Source: an uncultured bacterium (lineage in GTDB: Bacteria; Acidobacteriota; HRBIN11; JAKEFK01). From it: a stretch of 64,000 nt of DNA. A program made the translations under genes and the position numbers. Positions 30,288 through 40,152 of the stretch are shown here, one piece after another. Location: positions 519,419-583,418 of the forward strand of contig CAWINI010000003.1 in the NCBI GenBank assembly GCA_963837395.1, given 5' to 3'. Numbering within the stretch: position 1 is the first letter of the stretch; each line of letters starts with the position of its first letter. Under the pieces are notes generated by a model that saw only the letters and a program-made list of their open reading frames with translations, did no database searches and had not been told where the DNA came from.

Positions 30288-31208
30288 TCACAAAATATTA
30301 GCAAAACTTGATTTCACTGCTAAGGCCATTCGCAAGGATGGAATTGCAGCTTTGATAGAAACGCCTGAATTACTGCCATTTAAAATGGCATCGCGGAATT
30401 CTGTTTGTTCGCTTTCCAATGGGTGAACAATCTCTTGTGGCTTGTACTCCATTCGATTGATATCCGGCATTCCACCCTGACATGCGTTGGGCTGAAGAGA
30501 GAACATCGACACCGATTGCTCAACAAAATCCATCGACAAATAGTAATAAGGTTGAAATAAGCGCATCTTTCGCATTTTCTTCGCACTCACGCGAGACGCC
30601 GTTATGTTGGCCACGCATTTTCCCGGAAATTTAATTCGCGCATTTGCGATATCAATATTACGCGACAAGATTGGAATCCCAACAGCTTCTAACGCAGAAG
30701 GCTCTTCGCCCAAAAACAGATAAAGCAGATCCAGATCATGAATCATTAAATCCAACACTACATCAACATCAAGACTGCGCGGCGAAAAAACTCCAAGCCG
30801 ATGGCATTCGATAAATAATGGGCGAGTAATATTTGGCAATGCTTGTTTCACGGCAGGATTAAATCGTTCAGGGAATCCAACGTGCGCAACAACTCCCGCT
30901 TTTTGAACTATGGAATCCAATTGCTCTGCTTCTTCAACGGAGGCTGCAACCGGCTTTTCGATCAAAATATGCTTGCCCGCCGATGCTAATTCGGAAGCAA
31001 TTTCAAAATGGGTGCTGGTTGGTGTAGCAATGACAGCCGCATCAAATTCGTCTAGATGATTTCTATAGTCGGTGTCGAATGCGGCCTTAAAATCTTTTGC
31101 TGCTTCAGAGGCATGATCGGGATTGTGATCAATGATTAGAGCGAGATCTTTTAGAAAGCGTGCGTGATTTCTACCTTGATGACCAGCTCCGATAAGTGCG
31201 ATACGCAT
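30288..31208 (-). CDS. Gfo/Idh/MocA oxidoreductase, GnnA-like
   Basis: GAGHQG, EKP, ERFNPA, DVVLDLMIHDLD, TASRVS; directly after lpxA. Confidence 0.82.
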   Translation of the reverse strand: MRIALIGAGHQGRNHARFLKDLALIIDHNPDHASEAAKDFKAAFDTDYRNHLDEFDAAVIATPTSTHFEIASELASAGKHILIEKPVAASVEEAEQLDSIVQKAGVVAHVGFPERFNPAVKQALPNITRPLFIECHRLGVFSPRSLDVDVVLDLMIHDLDLLYLFLGEEPSALEAVGIPILSRNIDIANARIKFPGKCVANITASRVSAKKMRKMRLFQPYYYLSMDFVEQSVSMFSLQPNACQGGMPDINRMEYKPQEIVHPLESEQTEFRDAILNGSNSGVSIKAAIPSLRMALAVKSSFANIL

Positions 31209-31218
31209 TTCTTATTTA

Positions 31219-31265
31219 GCAGGCTAGAAGCCTGCGGCCGTAATGCGGGCCAGAGCCCGCGCTCC
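31219..31265 (-). repeat. GGAG-type REP-like hairpin pair
   Basis: gcaggctagaagcctgc and gcgggccagagcccgcgctcc. Confidence 0.65.
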
Positions 31266-32042
31266 TTACTTAATGATGCCGCGTTTGGATTCTCGGATGA
31301 ATTGCAGAAGATAGGAAATTTCTGGCGTAAATGGTTCTTCTTTGGATATGGCTTCGACCGCTTGAGATGTATTCAATCGAGATTGAAGCAGCAATCTAAA
31401 TGCATGCCGGATGCCGTCAATCGTGTCAGTATTAAAACCTTTGCGACGCAACCCGATGGCATTCACACCATAACATTGTGCGCGATTGCCAACAGTTTTC
31501 GAAAAAGGCAAAACATCTTTGGTAATAACCGAATAACCACCGATAAATCCATGCATTCCTACACGACAATGTTGATGAATTCCTGAAAAAGCGCCAACCT
31601 GTGCATGATCTTCAATCAAAACATGACCAGCAAGTGTCGCGGCATTGGCCATAATTACAGAATCACCGATATAACAATCATGCGCGATGTGCGCATATGC
31701 CATGAATAAGTTGCCGTTTCCGACAACTGTTTTTCCGCCCCCACCTTTTGTCCCGCGATGAAATGTTACAGATTCACGAAATACATTATCATCACCGATG
31801 ATCAACGTACTTCGTTCACCGCGGAATTTTAAATCCTGTGGAATTTCGCCGATGGAACCAAATTGAAAAAATTTACAGTTGCGCCCAATTACAGTTGGTC
31901 CTGCAATCACAACATGTGATTTGACAATCGTTCCATCACCGATTTTTACTTCAGGACCAATGATGGTATAAGGACCGACACTTACGTCTTTCCCCAGTTC
32001 CACATCAGGATGAATTACTGCAGTCGGATGAATATCAGGCAT
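31266..32042 (-). CDS. lpxA: Acyl-ACP--UDP-GlcNAc acyltransferase
   Basis: IHPTAVI hexapeptide repeats, PQDLKF, HIAHDC, LAGHV, GLRRKG. Confidence 0.95.
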   Translation of the reverse strand: MPDIHPTAVIHPDVELGKDVSVGPYTIIGPEVKIGDGTIVKSHVVIAGPTVIGRNCKFFQFGSIGEIPQDLKFRGERSTLIIGDDNVFRESVTFHRGTKGGGGKTVVGNGNLFMAYAHIAHDCYIGDSVIMANAATLAGHVLIEDHAQVGAFSGIHQHCRVGMHGFIGGYSVITKDVLPFSKTVGNRAQCYGVNAIGLRRKGFNTDTIDGIRHAFRLLLQSRLNTSQAVEAISKEEPFTPEISYLLQFIRESKRGIIK

Positions 32043-32488
32043 GTTCAGATTCCTGGTTCACGAGGGAGGTCAAAAATTCTGCCTCAGCTACCAGGGTTCC
32101 ATCAACAAATGCTTCGCCTCGCATTTTGCAAATCGTATATTTGTACCTCAATACATCTACTACGATTTTTAATTGGTCCCCGGGAATTACTGTCTTGCGA
32201 AACTTTGCATTGTCAATTCCAACCAAATAAACCAGACCTTTTTCTTTTAACTCATCGGTCCTGCAATAACAACACACCACCCATTTGAGCCATCGCTTCA
32301 ATTATCAAAACTCCAGGCATAATGGGACGTCCTGGAAAATGACCTTGAAAAAATGGCTCATTGATGGTGACATTCTTAATGCCAACTATCCGCTTTTCCC
32401 GTTCGTACTCCAGAATGCGATCAACCAAAAGGAATGGATAACGGTGAGGTAAAGCCTTAAGGATAGAGTTAATATCGAAGGCTGGCAT
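32035..32488 (-). CDS. fabZ: 3-hydroxyacyl-ACP dehydratase, split by a frameshift near 32258
   Basis: [20 protein letters not shown] in one frame; [17 protein letters not shown] in the next. Confidence 0.9.
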
Positions 32489-32494
32489 TCGACG

Positions 32495-33028
32495 TTATTG
32501 CTTCTTTTGCGTCTGCGGCGCGGCTGCCGTTTGAGCTTCGTTAAAGCGTTTAATCACTTCATCAGTAATATCAAACTTTGGATCACGCCAAATTGTAAAC
32601 TGTTTTCCAACGATTAAAGAATATCCCTTCTCCTGGCCTATTTTTTCAATCAATGGAATCAGTTTGTTTTGCATCGTTTCCATTGCACCATCTAATTTCC
32701 CCTGAATCTCCTGTTCGGAATCCTCTCGAAAACGTTTTGCATCCGTAATCGCTTTTTGGATTTCTGCTTTACGTTTGTCTTGAGCATCAGGACTTAGAAT
32801 GTCTTTCTCTTTTGTGAGCTTATCATTCATGACCTGAATGCTGTTCTGTCTTTGTTCAATCTCCTGCTGCTTTTTATCGCGCAATGCTTTGATATCAGCA
32901 AACAGTTTTTTTCCTGGCTCAGAATCCCTTAAAACTTTTTCACCGTCAACAACGGCTATGTTACCAGTGCCTTGAGCCATCAACGGTAAGGCAAAAAGTA
33001 ACATGAAAGGCACAACTAACCATCTCAT
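32495..33028 (-). CDS. skp: OmpH/Skp periplasmic chaperone
   Basis: Signal peptide, IAVVD, coiled coil, DITDEVIK; between bamA and fabZ. Confidence 0.88.
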   Translation of the reverse strand: MRWLVVPFMLLFALPLMAQGTGNIAVVDGEKVLRDSEPGKKLFADIKALRDKKQQEIEQRQNSIQVMNDKLTKEKDILSPDAQDKRKAEIQKAITDAKRFREDSEQEIQGKLDGAMETMQNKLIPLIEKIGQEKGYSLIVGKQFTIWRDPKFDITDEVIKRFNEAQTAAAPQTQKKQ

Positions 33029-33068
33029 ATAACGACTTTCTCCGGTTTTGAATTTTTAGATTGCAATC

Positions 33069-33121
33069 TTACCACAGAGGCGCAAAGTGTCTCAGCGTTC
33101 AGTGTGCGACTTTGTGGTGAA
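33069..33121. repeat. ACCACAGAG-type palindromic element
   Basis: ttaccacagaggcgca ... tgcgactttgtggtga. Confidence 0.75.
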
Positions 33122-33129
33122 TTATACTC

Positions 33130-35472
33130 CTAGAATGTTGTACCGACGGAAAAACGGAAGGTGGTTTTTTCCGGGCGGAAGCTAGGTGGCAACGTTAATA
33201 GCTCACCACGGTTGAAATTGTAAGCCCAGATGAAACGGAAAGGCGCACTTAAGAATGGAGCAAGAAATCTGACTTCAACGCCTGTACTTCCGCGCATATC
33301 CGTAAAATCAATTGCTTCCCTGAGGAACGCATTTCCATAATCCAGGAATCCGGCAAGCTTTAGCGGTCCTGCAATTGGAATTACATATTCAACATTGGTA
33401 ACAAAAAATTTATTACCACCAGCAATAAACTGACCTCCGGTTTCAGGATTCGTTTCAATTGGTCCTACAATCCGGATTTCATAACCACGAATGCTTCGTT
33501 CACCACCAAGGAAATACCGCTCATAAAATGGAAGTTGCAATCCCCCGAATCCAGTTCCATATCCAAATTCCACATTATACGCAAAATAGTGCTTTTTGGA
33601 GAACCCTCTCATATATTGAGTCCAGGTGATAGAAGGTTTGTAATAATTGACCTCACCACCAAGCCACCCACCTACAATTTCATTAGCAAGAACTAACCTT
33701 GATCCGCGCGTAGGATCGGTTGGGTTATTGATCGTGGTGCGAACCAACTGCGGAGTTACCCGGCTTTCCTTGCGGTCGCTCTGAAATAGCTCAATGCCGG
33801 GGAAAATACTGTCATCAATCGGCTGTCCCTGATTGTTAGTTGGGTTTTCAATATCAACTGTCTGGTAACCGTAGGACAGAACTCCTTTGAATTCTTCGTA
33901 AATTGGAAATCCAAAAGAGACTGAGAAACCGGTTGTATCACGCAAGAAATTGAAATAATCGTATCTGTATTTAAAGAGGCTAACGCCAAGAGATATTCGG
34001 CGATCAAGAAAGTAAGGTTCCAAAACTTCTACGCTGTAATTTTCGGATCGAGAGCCACCCTGCAAGTTAACCGTAAAAATTTTACCGGTCCCAAATAAGT
34101 TTTTAGTGGAGAAAGTAACGTTGCCAAAAAATCCTTCGAATTCGCTGTAACCGCCACCCAGGCGGATTTCATTTCGTTTATTTTCTTTGACATCAAGTGT
34201 TATATCGGCTTTATTTTGAGCGTTTTCTACCGGAGTGATGTTTGGCTTAATGTCATCAAAGAAACCGAGACGATAAATGCGATCGAGGCTCTCACGAAAT
34301 TTATTTACCCGTAAAAGCTCTCCTTCCTGCACAAGCATTTCGCGCCGAATTACTTTATCGCGCGTATAATTGTTGCCTGTAAATTCAATCCGGTTGATAA
34401 AAAATTGACCATTTTCCTGAACATCAATATTCAGGTTGATGATTTTGGTTTTTTCGTCAGGCTCAAAAACCGGCTGAAGGCTGGCGTAAATATATCCCTG
34501 GTCTCCATATGCTTTTTGATTTGCCTCCAAACCGTCGCGAAGCAAGCCGCGATTAAAGACCTCGCCCTTCTTCAACTCCATGTTTTTCAAAAGTACTGCT
34601 TCAGTTAAAAGAGTATTTTTTGAAAAATGAATATCACCGGTCCGATATTGATCGCCCTCTTCAACCGGAATAACCAATCGCATCCGGTTTTTCTTGCCTT
34701 CGATTAGTTCGATCTTCGGGTCATCGATGCGGGCATTAATGTAACCATTGTTATAATAAAGATCCTGAACGCGTTCCATATCTTTATCGAATTTTTCTTT
34801 TTCAAAATCATCTTTTCGTGTGATCCACGATAACATTCCGCGTTCTTTGGTATCTTTCATCCGGCCTTTCAGCTTTCCATCGGAAAATACCTTATTACCA
34901 TCAAACTGAATTTCACCAATACGCGCCTTAGGTCCTTCATCAATTTGGAAATTAACTTTCGTGCCGGTGGGTCCGAGAGCTTCGGTCAAAATCTTCACCG
35001 TTCCAAAACGCAGGCCCTTTTCAACCATTAATCCTTCAATGGCGTTAGAAATCTTCTTTGCAGCATATGGATCATACGGTTGATCAATTTTTAAGCCGAT
35101 ATTTTCATCCGTTAATTTCTTTTCAATATCGTCTTTAGATACTTTTTTGTTTCCGGTATATTCGATTTCCTTAACCAGCGGTCTCTCTTCAACTTTAAAA
35201 ATGAGGACAATACCATTGGGAGATTCTTCGGTTTCGATCTTAAGATCCTTTAAGAATCCGGTTTGCCATAAACGCTTAAAATCTTCACGAACTGTTGCGG
35301 CATCATAACGGCCTCCAACTTTGGAGGAAATGTAATATTGAAAAGTTTCGGTAGCAATTCTTTGATTGCCAATAATCCGAATTTCCGAAATTACATTTTG
35401 ATCGGATTGTTGTGCTAGAACAGGGGCTACACAAAGTAAAATGAAGATAAAAGACAAACCAAACTTTTTCAT
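33130..35472 (-). CDS. bamA: Outer membrane protein assembly factor BamA
   Basis: POTRA repeats, TRDKVIRRE, IRGY, C-terminal FSVGTTF. Confidence 0.95.
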   Translation of the reverse strand: MKKFGLSFIFILLCVAPVLAQQSDQNVISEIRIIGNQRIATETFQYYISSKVGGRYDAATVREDFKRLWQTGFLKDLKIETEESPNGIVLIFKVEERPLVKEIEYTGNKKVSKDDIEKKLTDENIGLKIDQPYDPYAAKKISNAIEGLMVEKGLRFGTVKILTEALGPTGTKVNFQIDEGPKARIGEIQFDGNKVFSDGKLKGRMKDTKERGMLSWITRKDDFEKEKFDKDMERVQDLYYNNGYINARIDDPKIELIEGKKNRMRLVIPVEEGDQYRTGDIHFSKNTLLTEAVLLKNMELKKGEVFNRGLLRDGLEANQKAYGDQGYIYASLQPVFEPDEKTKIINLNIDVQENGQFFINRIEFTGNNYTRDKVIRREMLVQEGELLRVNKFRESLDRIYRLGFFDDIKPNITPVENAQNKADITLDVKENKRNEIRLGGGYSEFEGFFGNVTFSTKNLFGTGKIFTVNLQGGSRSENYSVEVLEPYFLDRRISLGVSLFKYRYDYFNFLRDTTGFSVSFGFPIYEEFKGVLSYGYQTVDIENPTNNQGQPIDDSIFPGIELFQSDRKESRVTPQLVRTTINNPTDPTRGSRLVLANEIVGGWLGGEVNYYKPSITWTQYMRGFSKKHYFAYNVEFGYGTGFGGLQLPFYERYFLGGERSIRGYEIRIVGPIETNPETGGQFIAGGNKFFVTNVEYVIPIAGPLKLAGFLDYGNAFLREAIDFTDMRGSTGVEVRFLAPFLSAPFRFIWAYNFNRGELLTLPPSFRPEKTTFRFSVGTTF

Positions 35473-35509
35473 ACTTTTGCCATCAGATATTATTTAGTCG
35501 GCCGGAATC

Positions 35510-37915
35510 TCAGGATTGGCTGAAGACGAGTTTTTCGTCCTGAAGTTCTACGCGAATTTCACCCGTTTTCTTTTCAACAGCATTGTTGCGAATCAAAAGA
35601 TCGGCAATTGGATCTTCCACATAACGTTGAATCGCGCGTCTCAGCGGGCGGGCACCATAACGCTTATCTCTACAAGATTTTTCAAGCAACCAGCGCATTG
35701 CTTCTTCACTGAGCTGAATTCGCGGTTTTTCCTCCTTCTGTTCGGTATTAATCTGTTCAACCATCATCTTAATGATTTTGAGCAGATCATCATCCGAAAG
35801 TGGATGGAAAACAATAATTTCATCCAGACGATTAATGAATTCCGGATTGAAGGTTTTCCTCACTTCTTGCAAGACTTCCTCGCGCGTATCTTCGTACTCC
35901 TTGATTTCATCAGGAGCCCGGAAACCCATTCTCCCGCGCTTTTCAATTAAGCGGGCGCCAATGTTGGAAGTCATAATAATGATTGTGTTTTTAAAATCAA
36001 TTCGATTTCCAAAAGAATCAGTCAAATGACCATCTTCGAGCACCTGTAATAATACGTTAAAGATGCTGGGATGAGCTTTTTCGATTTCATCCAGAAGGAT
36101 AATGGAATAAGGTGTACGTTTTACAAGCTCAGTGAGCTGACCACCGTCTTCATAACCAACATACCCTGGAGGCGAGCCAATTAGTTTTGAAACCGAATGC
36201 TTCTCCATAAATTCAGACATATCAAAACGGATTAAAGACTTTTCACTTCCAAACATATGACGCGCAAGAGAGCGGCCGAGTTCAGTTTTCCCAACTCCTG
36301 TCGGACCCAATAACAAAAATGAGCCAATCGGTTTTGTTGGATTCTTCAAGCCAATTCTTGAGCGGCGGATGGCTCTGGCTACGGCTTCAATCGCTTGACT
36401 TTGAGCAACCATCCATTTCCGGAGTTCTTCCTCAATGCGCAGCAGTTTTTGAGATTCCGCTTCATTAATCGCACTGAGCGGGATACCTGTCCAGGTTGAA
36501 ATCACTTCACTGATATTTTCGCTGGTAACCACATTACGCTGAGTCTGACTATTCAGCTTGTCTTTCAGCATCATGAGGTTTTCGCGCTGCAGCATTTCTT
36601 CATCACGATAAAACGCCGCTTTTTCAAATTCTTTTTTCGAAATTGCTGCTTCCATCCGGTCCACAATTGTTTTGATTTTCTTTTTAATATCGGAAAGCTC
36701 GCTGGGTTGCGGTGAAGTTTTTAATTTCACTTTCGATCCAGCCTCATCCATTAAATCGATAGCTTTATCAGGAAGGAAACGTTCGGTTAGGTATCGTGAT
36801 GATAGAAATACGGATTGTTTAATTGCGTCATCAGTATATTTAACGCTATGGAAGTTTTCGTAAATCTGCTTTAAGCCATCCAGAATACGGATACTGTCAT
36901 CTTCTGATGGCGGAGTAATTCGAATCGGTTGGAAACGTCTTTCTAATGAGCGATCTTTTTCAATATATTTGCGGTATTCGGCGGGTGTCGAAGCGCCAAT
37001 ACATTGAATTTCGCGGCGCGACAATGCGGGCTTCAAAATGTTTGCCGCATCCAAAGAACCTTCTGCGGAACCAGCACCAACCAATGTATGAATTTCATCG
37101 ATGAAGATAATAATTTCGGGCGATTCAACAAGCTCTTTCAGAATCGCTTTCATCCGCTCTTCAAATTGTCCGCGATATTTGGTTCCGGCAACCACCAGAG
37201 AGATATCTAGCGCAAGAACTCGCTTATCCGTTAAGTGATATGGAACTTCACCATCTACAATTCGCTGAGCCAGTCCTTCTACCAATGCGGTTTTACCAAC
37301 ACCAGGTTCACCAACCAGCAACGGATTATTTTTTGACCGGCGGCAGAGTACTTGAATGATCCTGCCCATTTCTTCGTTACGGCCAATCAGCGGATCTAAA
37401 TTGTGTCTGGCGGCTTCATCCGTAAGATCTCTACAGAATTCGTAGAGCGTTGGCGACTCTTTTACTTTTGCGCCTGCTTTTTCGTTCAGGATATTTGAAA
37501 TCTCTGAACGGATCACCGTAAGCTTCATTCCTTTTTGGCGCAATATTTCAGCAGCGACACATCCTTCCAAACGTAAAATTCCCAGAAGAATATGTTCCGT
37601 TCCGATATATTTGTGATTTAAATGCTCAGCTTCTTCAGCAGCAAATGAAAGAACTTTATCAACGTCAGGGCTGGAAGGAGGTTCAACCGAAGGCGAAATC
37701 TTTTCTTTTAAGATAACGCGTGCTTCGATTTCTTTTCGAATTTCTTCAAACGTTACCTTACAACGATTAAAGATCCGGCTGGTTATTCCATTTCCTTCGC
37801 GAATTAATCCGAGCAAGAGGTGCTCGGTCTCTATCGTGCGGCTCCCCAGTTGTGTTGCTTCATATCGGGCAAATTGTATAACTCTTATCGCCCGCTCTGT
37901 ATAATGCTCAAACAT
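35510..37915 (-). CDS. clpC: ATP-dependent Clp protease ATPase
   Basis: Clp N-repeats, two Walker A motifs (GEPGVGKT, GPTGVGKT), UVR coil, MGF loop, GARPLRR. Confidence 0.93.
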   Translation of the reverse strand: MFEHYTERAIRVIQFARYEATQLGSRTIETEHLLLGLIREGNGITSRIFNRCKVTFEEIRKEIEARVILKEKISPSVEPPSSPDVDKVLSFAAEEAEHLNHKYIGTEHILLGILRLEGCVAAEILRQKGMKLTVIRSEISNILNEKAGAKVKESPTLYEFCRDLTDEAARHNLDPLIGRNEEMGRIIQVLCRRSKNNPLLVGEPGVGKTALVEGLAQRIVDGEVPYHLTDKRVLALDISLVVAGTKYRGQFEERMKAILKELVESPEIIIFIDEIHTLVGAGSAEGSLDAANILKPALSRREIQCIGASTPAEYRKYIEKDRSLERRFQPIRITPPSEDDSIRILDGLKQIYENFHSVKYTDDAIKQSVFLSSRYLTERFLPDKAIDLMDEAGSKVKLKTSPQPSELSDIKKKIKTIVDRMEAAISKKEFEKAAFYRDEEMLQRENLMMLKDKLNSQTQRNVVTSENISEVISTWTGIPLSAINEAESQKLLRIEEELRKWMVAQSQAIEAVARAIRRSRIGLKNPTKPIGSFLLLGPTGVGKTELGRSLARHMFGSEKSLIRFDMSEFMEKHSVSKLIGSPPGYVGYEDGGQLTELVKRTPYSIILLDEIEKAHPSIFNVLLQVLEDGHLTDSFGNRIDFKNTIIIMTSNIGARLIEKRGRMGFRAPDEIKEYEDTREEVLQEVRKTFNPEFINRLDEIIVFHPLSDDDLLKIIKMMVEQINTEQKEEKPRIQLSEEAMRWLLEKSCRDKRYGARPLRRAIQRYVEDPIADLLIRNNAVEKKTGEIRVELQDEKLVFSQS

Positions 37916-38053
37916 GCTCACCCTAAAAGTACTTGTATAAATTTCAAGTTTCAAGCCTCCTCACGTCCGGAATGCAATGGAGGACTGCAACTTGAAAGTG
38001 AGCATCAAAGCCGTCAATCCACGCGAGTTTTGATCTCCGGCTCGCGCGGATTG

Positions 38054-38082
38054 ATTCTACAAGAATTATCCTGATTTTGCAA
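38054..38082 (-). promoter_or_regulatory. Putative sigma70 promoter of clpC-bamA operon
   Basis: TTGCAA-17bp-TAGAAT on the minus strand. Confidence 0.6.
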
Positions 38083-38103
38083 TAAAATTCGACGTGAAAC
38101 GGC

Positions 38104-38202
38104 ATGCGTAATGCGTAAAACGTAATTCGTAATTAGCTCCATACGCTCCAGCGAATTACGGATTACGCATTACGTTTTACGTTTTACGCTCTACGCTTTA
38201 CG
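38104..38202. repeat. Inverted heptamer array (CGTAAWN)n
   Basis: About 4 plus 7 units; overlaps the last codons of lolD. Confidence 0.9.
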
Positions 38203-38880
38203 GCTCAACTTCCCCTCGTGGAGTATGTACGTTTCATCACAGATGGCGGCTAATGCAGGATTATGCGTAGCAATAACAAAAGATAGATTACGGCGGGAAT
38301 GAAGGTCACGAAACAATTCAAAAATTGTTTCGCCGGTGCGTTCATCCAGATTTCCTGTCGGTTCATCGGCAAGAATTAATGGAGGATCATTGATCAGCGC
38401 GCGGGCAATTGCTGCACGCTGCTGTTCACCACCGGAAAGTTGTCCCGGTCTATGATCCAGACGTTCAGCCAAACCAACTTCTGATAAAACTTTAGATGCT
38501 CGTTGCGCTGCCGCTGTGCGATCATAATTGCGCAACAGAATTGGCATCATGGTATTTTCGAGCGCATCAAATTCTGGTAACAAATTATGCATTTGGAAAA
38601 CGAATCCAATTTTTGAATTGCGAAAATCGGCCAGTTCTTGTGCCGAACATCCAGCAAGATCACGGCCTTCAAATAAAATCTGACCTTTATCCGGACGATC
38701 CAGCGCCCCAAGAATGTGCAACAACGTACTTTTACCAACGCCGGAAGCACCCATAATAGCAATGGTTGTTCCTGGTGCAATTTGCAAATTTAGATCTTGC
38801 AAAACATCAATGCGGCGAGTTGCTGACACATAACTCTTAGAAAGATCGCGCGCCTCCAGCAACAACCCTTTTTCACTCAT
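38191..38880 (-). CDS. lolD: Lipoprotein-releasing ABC ATPase
   Basis: [35 protein letters not shown]. Confidence 0.92.
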   Translation of the reverse strand: MSEKGLLLEARDLSKSYVSATRRIDVLQDLNLQIAPGTTIAIMGASGVGKSTLLHILGALDRPDKGQILFEGRDLAGCSAQELADFRNSKIGFVFQMHNLLPEFDALENTMMPILLRNYDRTAAAQRASKVLSEVGLAERLDHRPGQLSGGEQQRAAIARALINDPPLILADEPTGNLDERTGETIFELFRDLHSRRNLSFVIATHNPALAAICDETYILHEGKLSRKA

Positions 38881-40102
38881 AACGCAGCGCCTCTGTAGGA
38901 TTAATCCGCGATGCTCTGATCGCAGGATAGAGTGTTGATAAAAAGCTGATCAATAATGCAGTTCCGGTAATCATAATGATGTCTTCAATTCGAAGATGAA
39001 AAGGAAGAAAAGGTATGAAGTACACATCCAGTGGAAGCTGAATGATTTTGTAATGATCCATTACCCATGAAGTCACGGTTCCAAGCAACGCTCCGATGAA
39101 TGTTCCCGCGATGCCGATCAATACTCCCTGGATCATAAAGATGCGCATGATCTGTTTGGTAGTTGCACCCATGGACATTAACACCGCGATGTCTTTGTGT
39201 TTATCAAGCACCGTCATAATCAAAGTGGAAACCACATTGAACGCAGCAACCAAAACAATCAAAGTGATGGTAATAAACAACATGATTTTTTCCAGCTTCA
39301 TTGCTGAAAATAGTGAACGATTTTGGTTGATCCAGTTGTCTACAAGGAATCGGCTGCCTAATTGTTTTTGCAATTGATCTGATACTTTTGCAGCATCATG
39401 AATATTCTTGATCCGCGCTTCGATTAAAGTTACGGAATCACCTAATGAAAAAAGGCGTTGCGCAGATTTCATGGAAACTAACGCCCAGTTTTGATCATAT
39501 TCATACATCCCACTTTGAAACGTTCCTACAACTCGAAGTTTTTTGAACTTAGGCATTAGACCGAGTGGGGTTAATAGAGCTTCGGGTGAAACGAGCGTAA
39601 CTATTTCCCCTTTTGTTACATGAAGTGTCTTGGCAAGATCGACACCAAGAACGATGGGATCGCGATCTCGATTTGGAGCATTTAAGGCCTTCAGGGCATC
39701 AGAATCTAAACTTGATGTTAGATCAGTTACTGTTTTCTCACGAGTTGGATCGATCCCTTTGAGTACAATTCCTTCGGCACCGCCGGCAGTGTAAATCATT
39801 ACTTTGCCATATATCACGCCTGAAGCTGATATAACCTCGGGTTGTTTGCGTACTATATCAATAGTACTATTGTAATCTTTGATTCCGCGGACGCCGGTAG
39901 GATACAGGATGACGTGTGCACTTGCGCCCAGTATCTTAGATTGGATATCTTCCTGGAATCCGGTCATCAATGCCAGTGCAATGATGAGTGCCATTACGCC
40001 CAGGATAAATCCAATTACTGCAATTAAAGACACTGCAGACAGCAAAGTTTGTTTGCGCTTTGCGCGCAAATAACGCAGCGCAATCGATAGTTCAAATCTC
40101 AT
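38873..40102 (-). CDS. Lipoprotein-releasing ABC permease LolC/E
   Basis: [35 protein letters not shown]. Confidence 0.92.
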   Translation of the reverse strand: MRFELSIALRYLRAKRKQTLLSAVSLIAVIGFILGVMALIIALALMTGFQEDIQSKILGASAHVILYPTGVRGIKDYNSTIDIVRKQPEVISASGVIYGKVMIYTAGGAEGIVLKGIDPTREKTVTDLTSSLDSDALKALNAPNRDRDPIVLGVDLAKTLHVTKGEIVTLVSPEALLTPLGLMPKFKKLRVVGTFQSGMYEYDQNWALVSMKSAQRLFSLGDSVTLIEARIKNIHDAAKVSDQLQKQLGSRFLVDNWINQNRSLFSAMKLEKIMLFITITLIVLVAAFNVVSTLIMTVLDKHKDIAVLMSMGATTKQIMRIFMIQGVLIGIAGTFIGALLGTVTSWVMDHYKIIQLPLDVYFIPFLPFHLRIEDIIMITGTALLISFLSTLYPAIRASRINPTEALRYE

Positions 40103-40110
40103 AATAAAAA

Positions 40111-40148
40111 TTCACCACCAAGACACGGAACTCTGTGCCTCTGTGGTT
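40111..40148. repeat. ACCAC-type palindromic element
   Basis: ttcaccaccaagacacggaactctgtgcctctgtggtt. Confidence 0.6.
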
Positions 40149-40152
40149 CATC

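Noticed and set aside
32252-32301. Programmed frameshift in fabZ
   Set aside because: No slippery heptamer at the break, and three other unrelated breaks suggest sequence error
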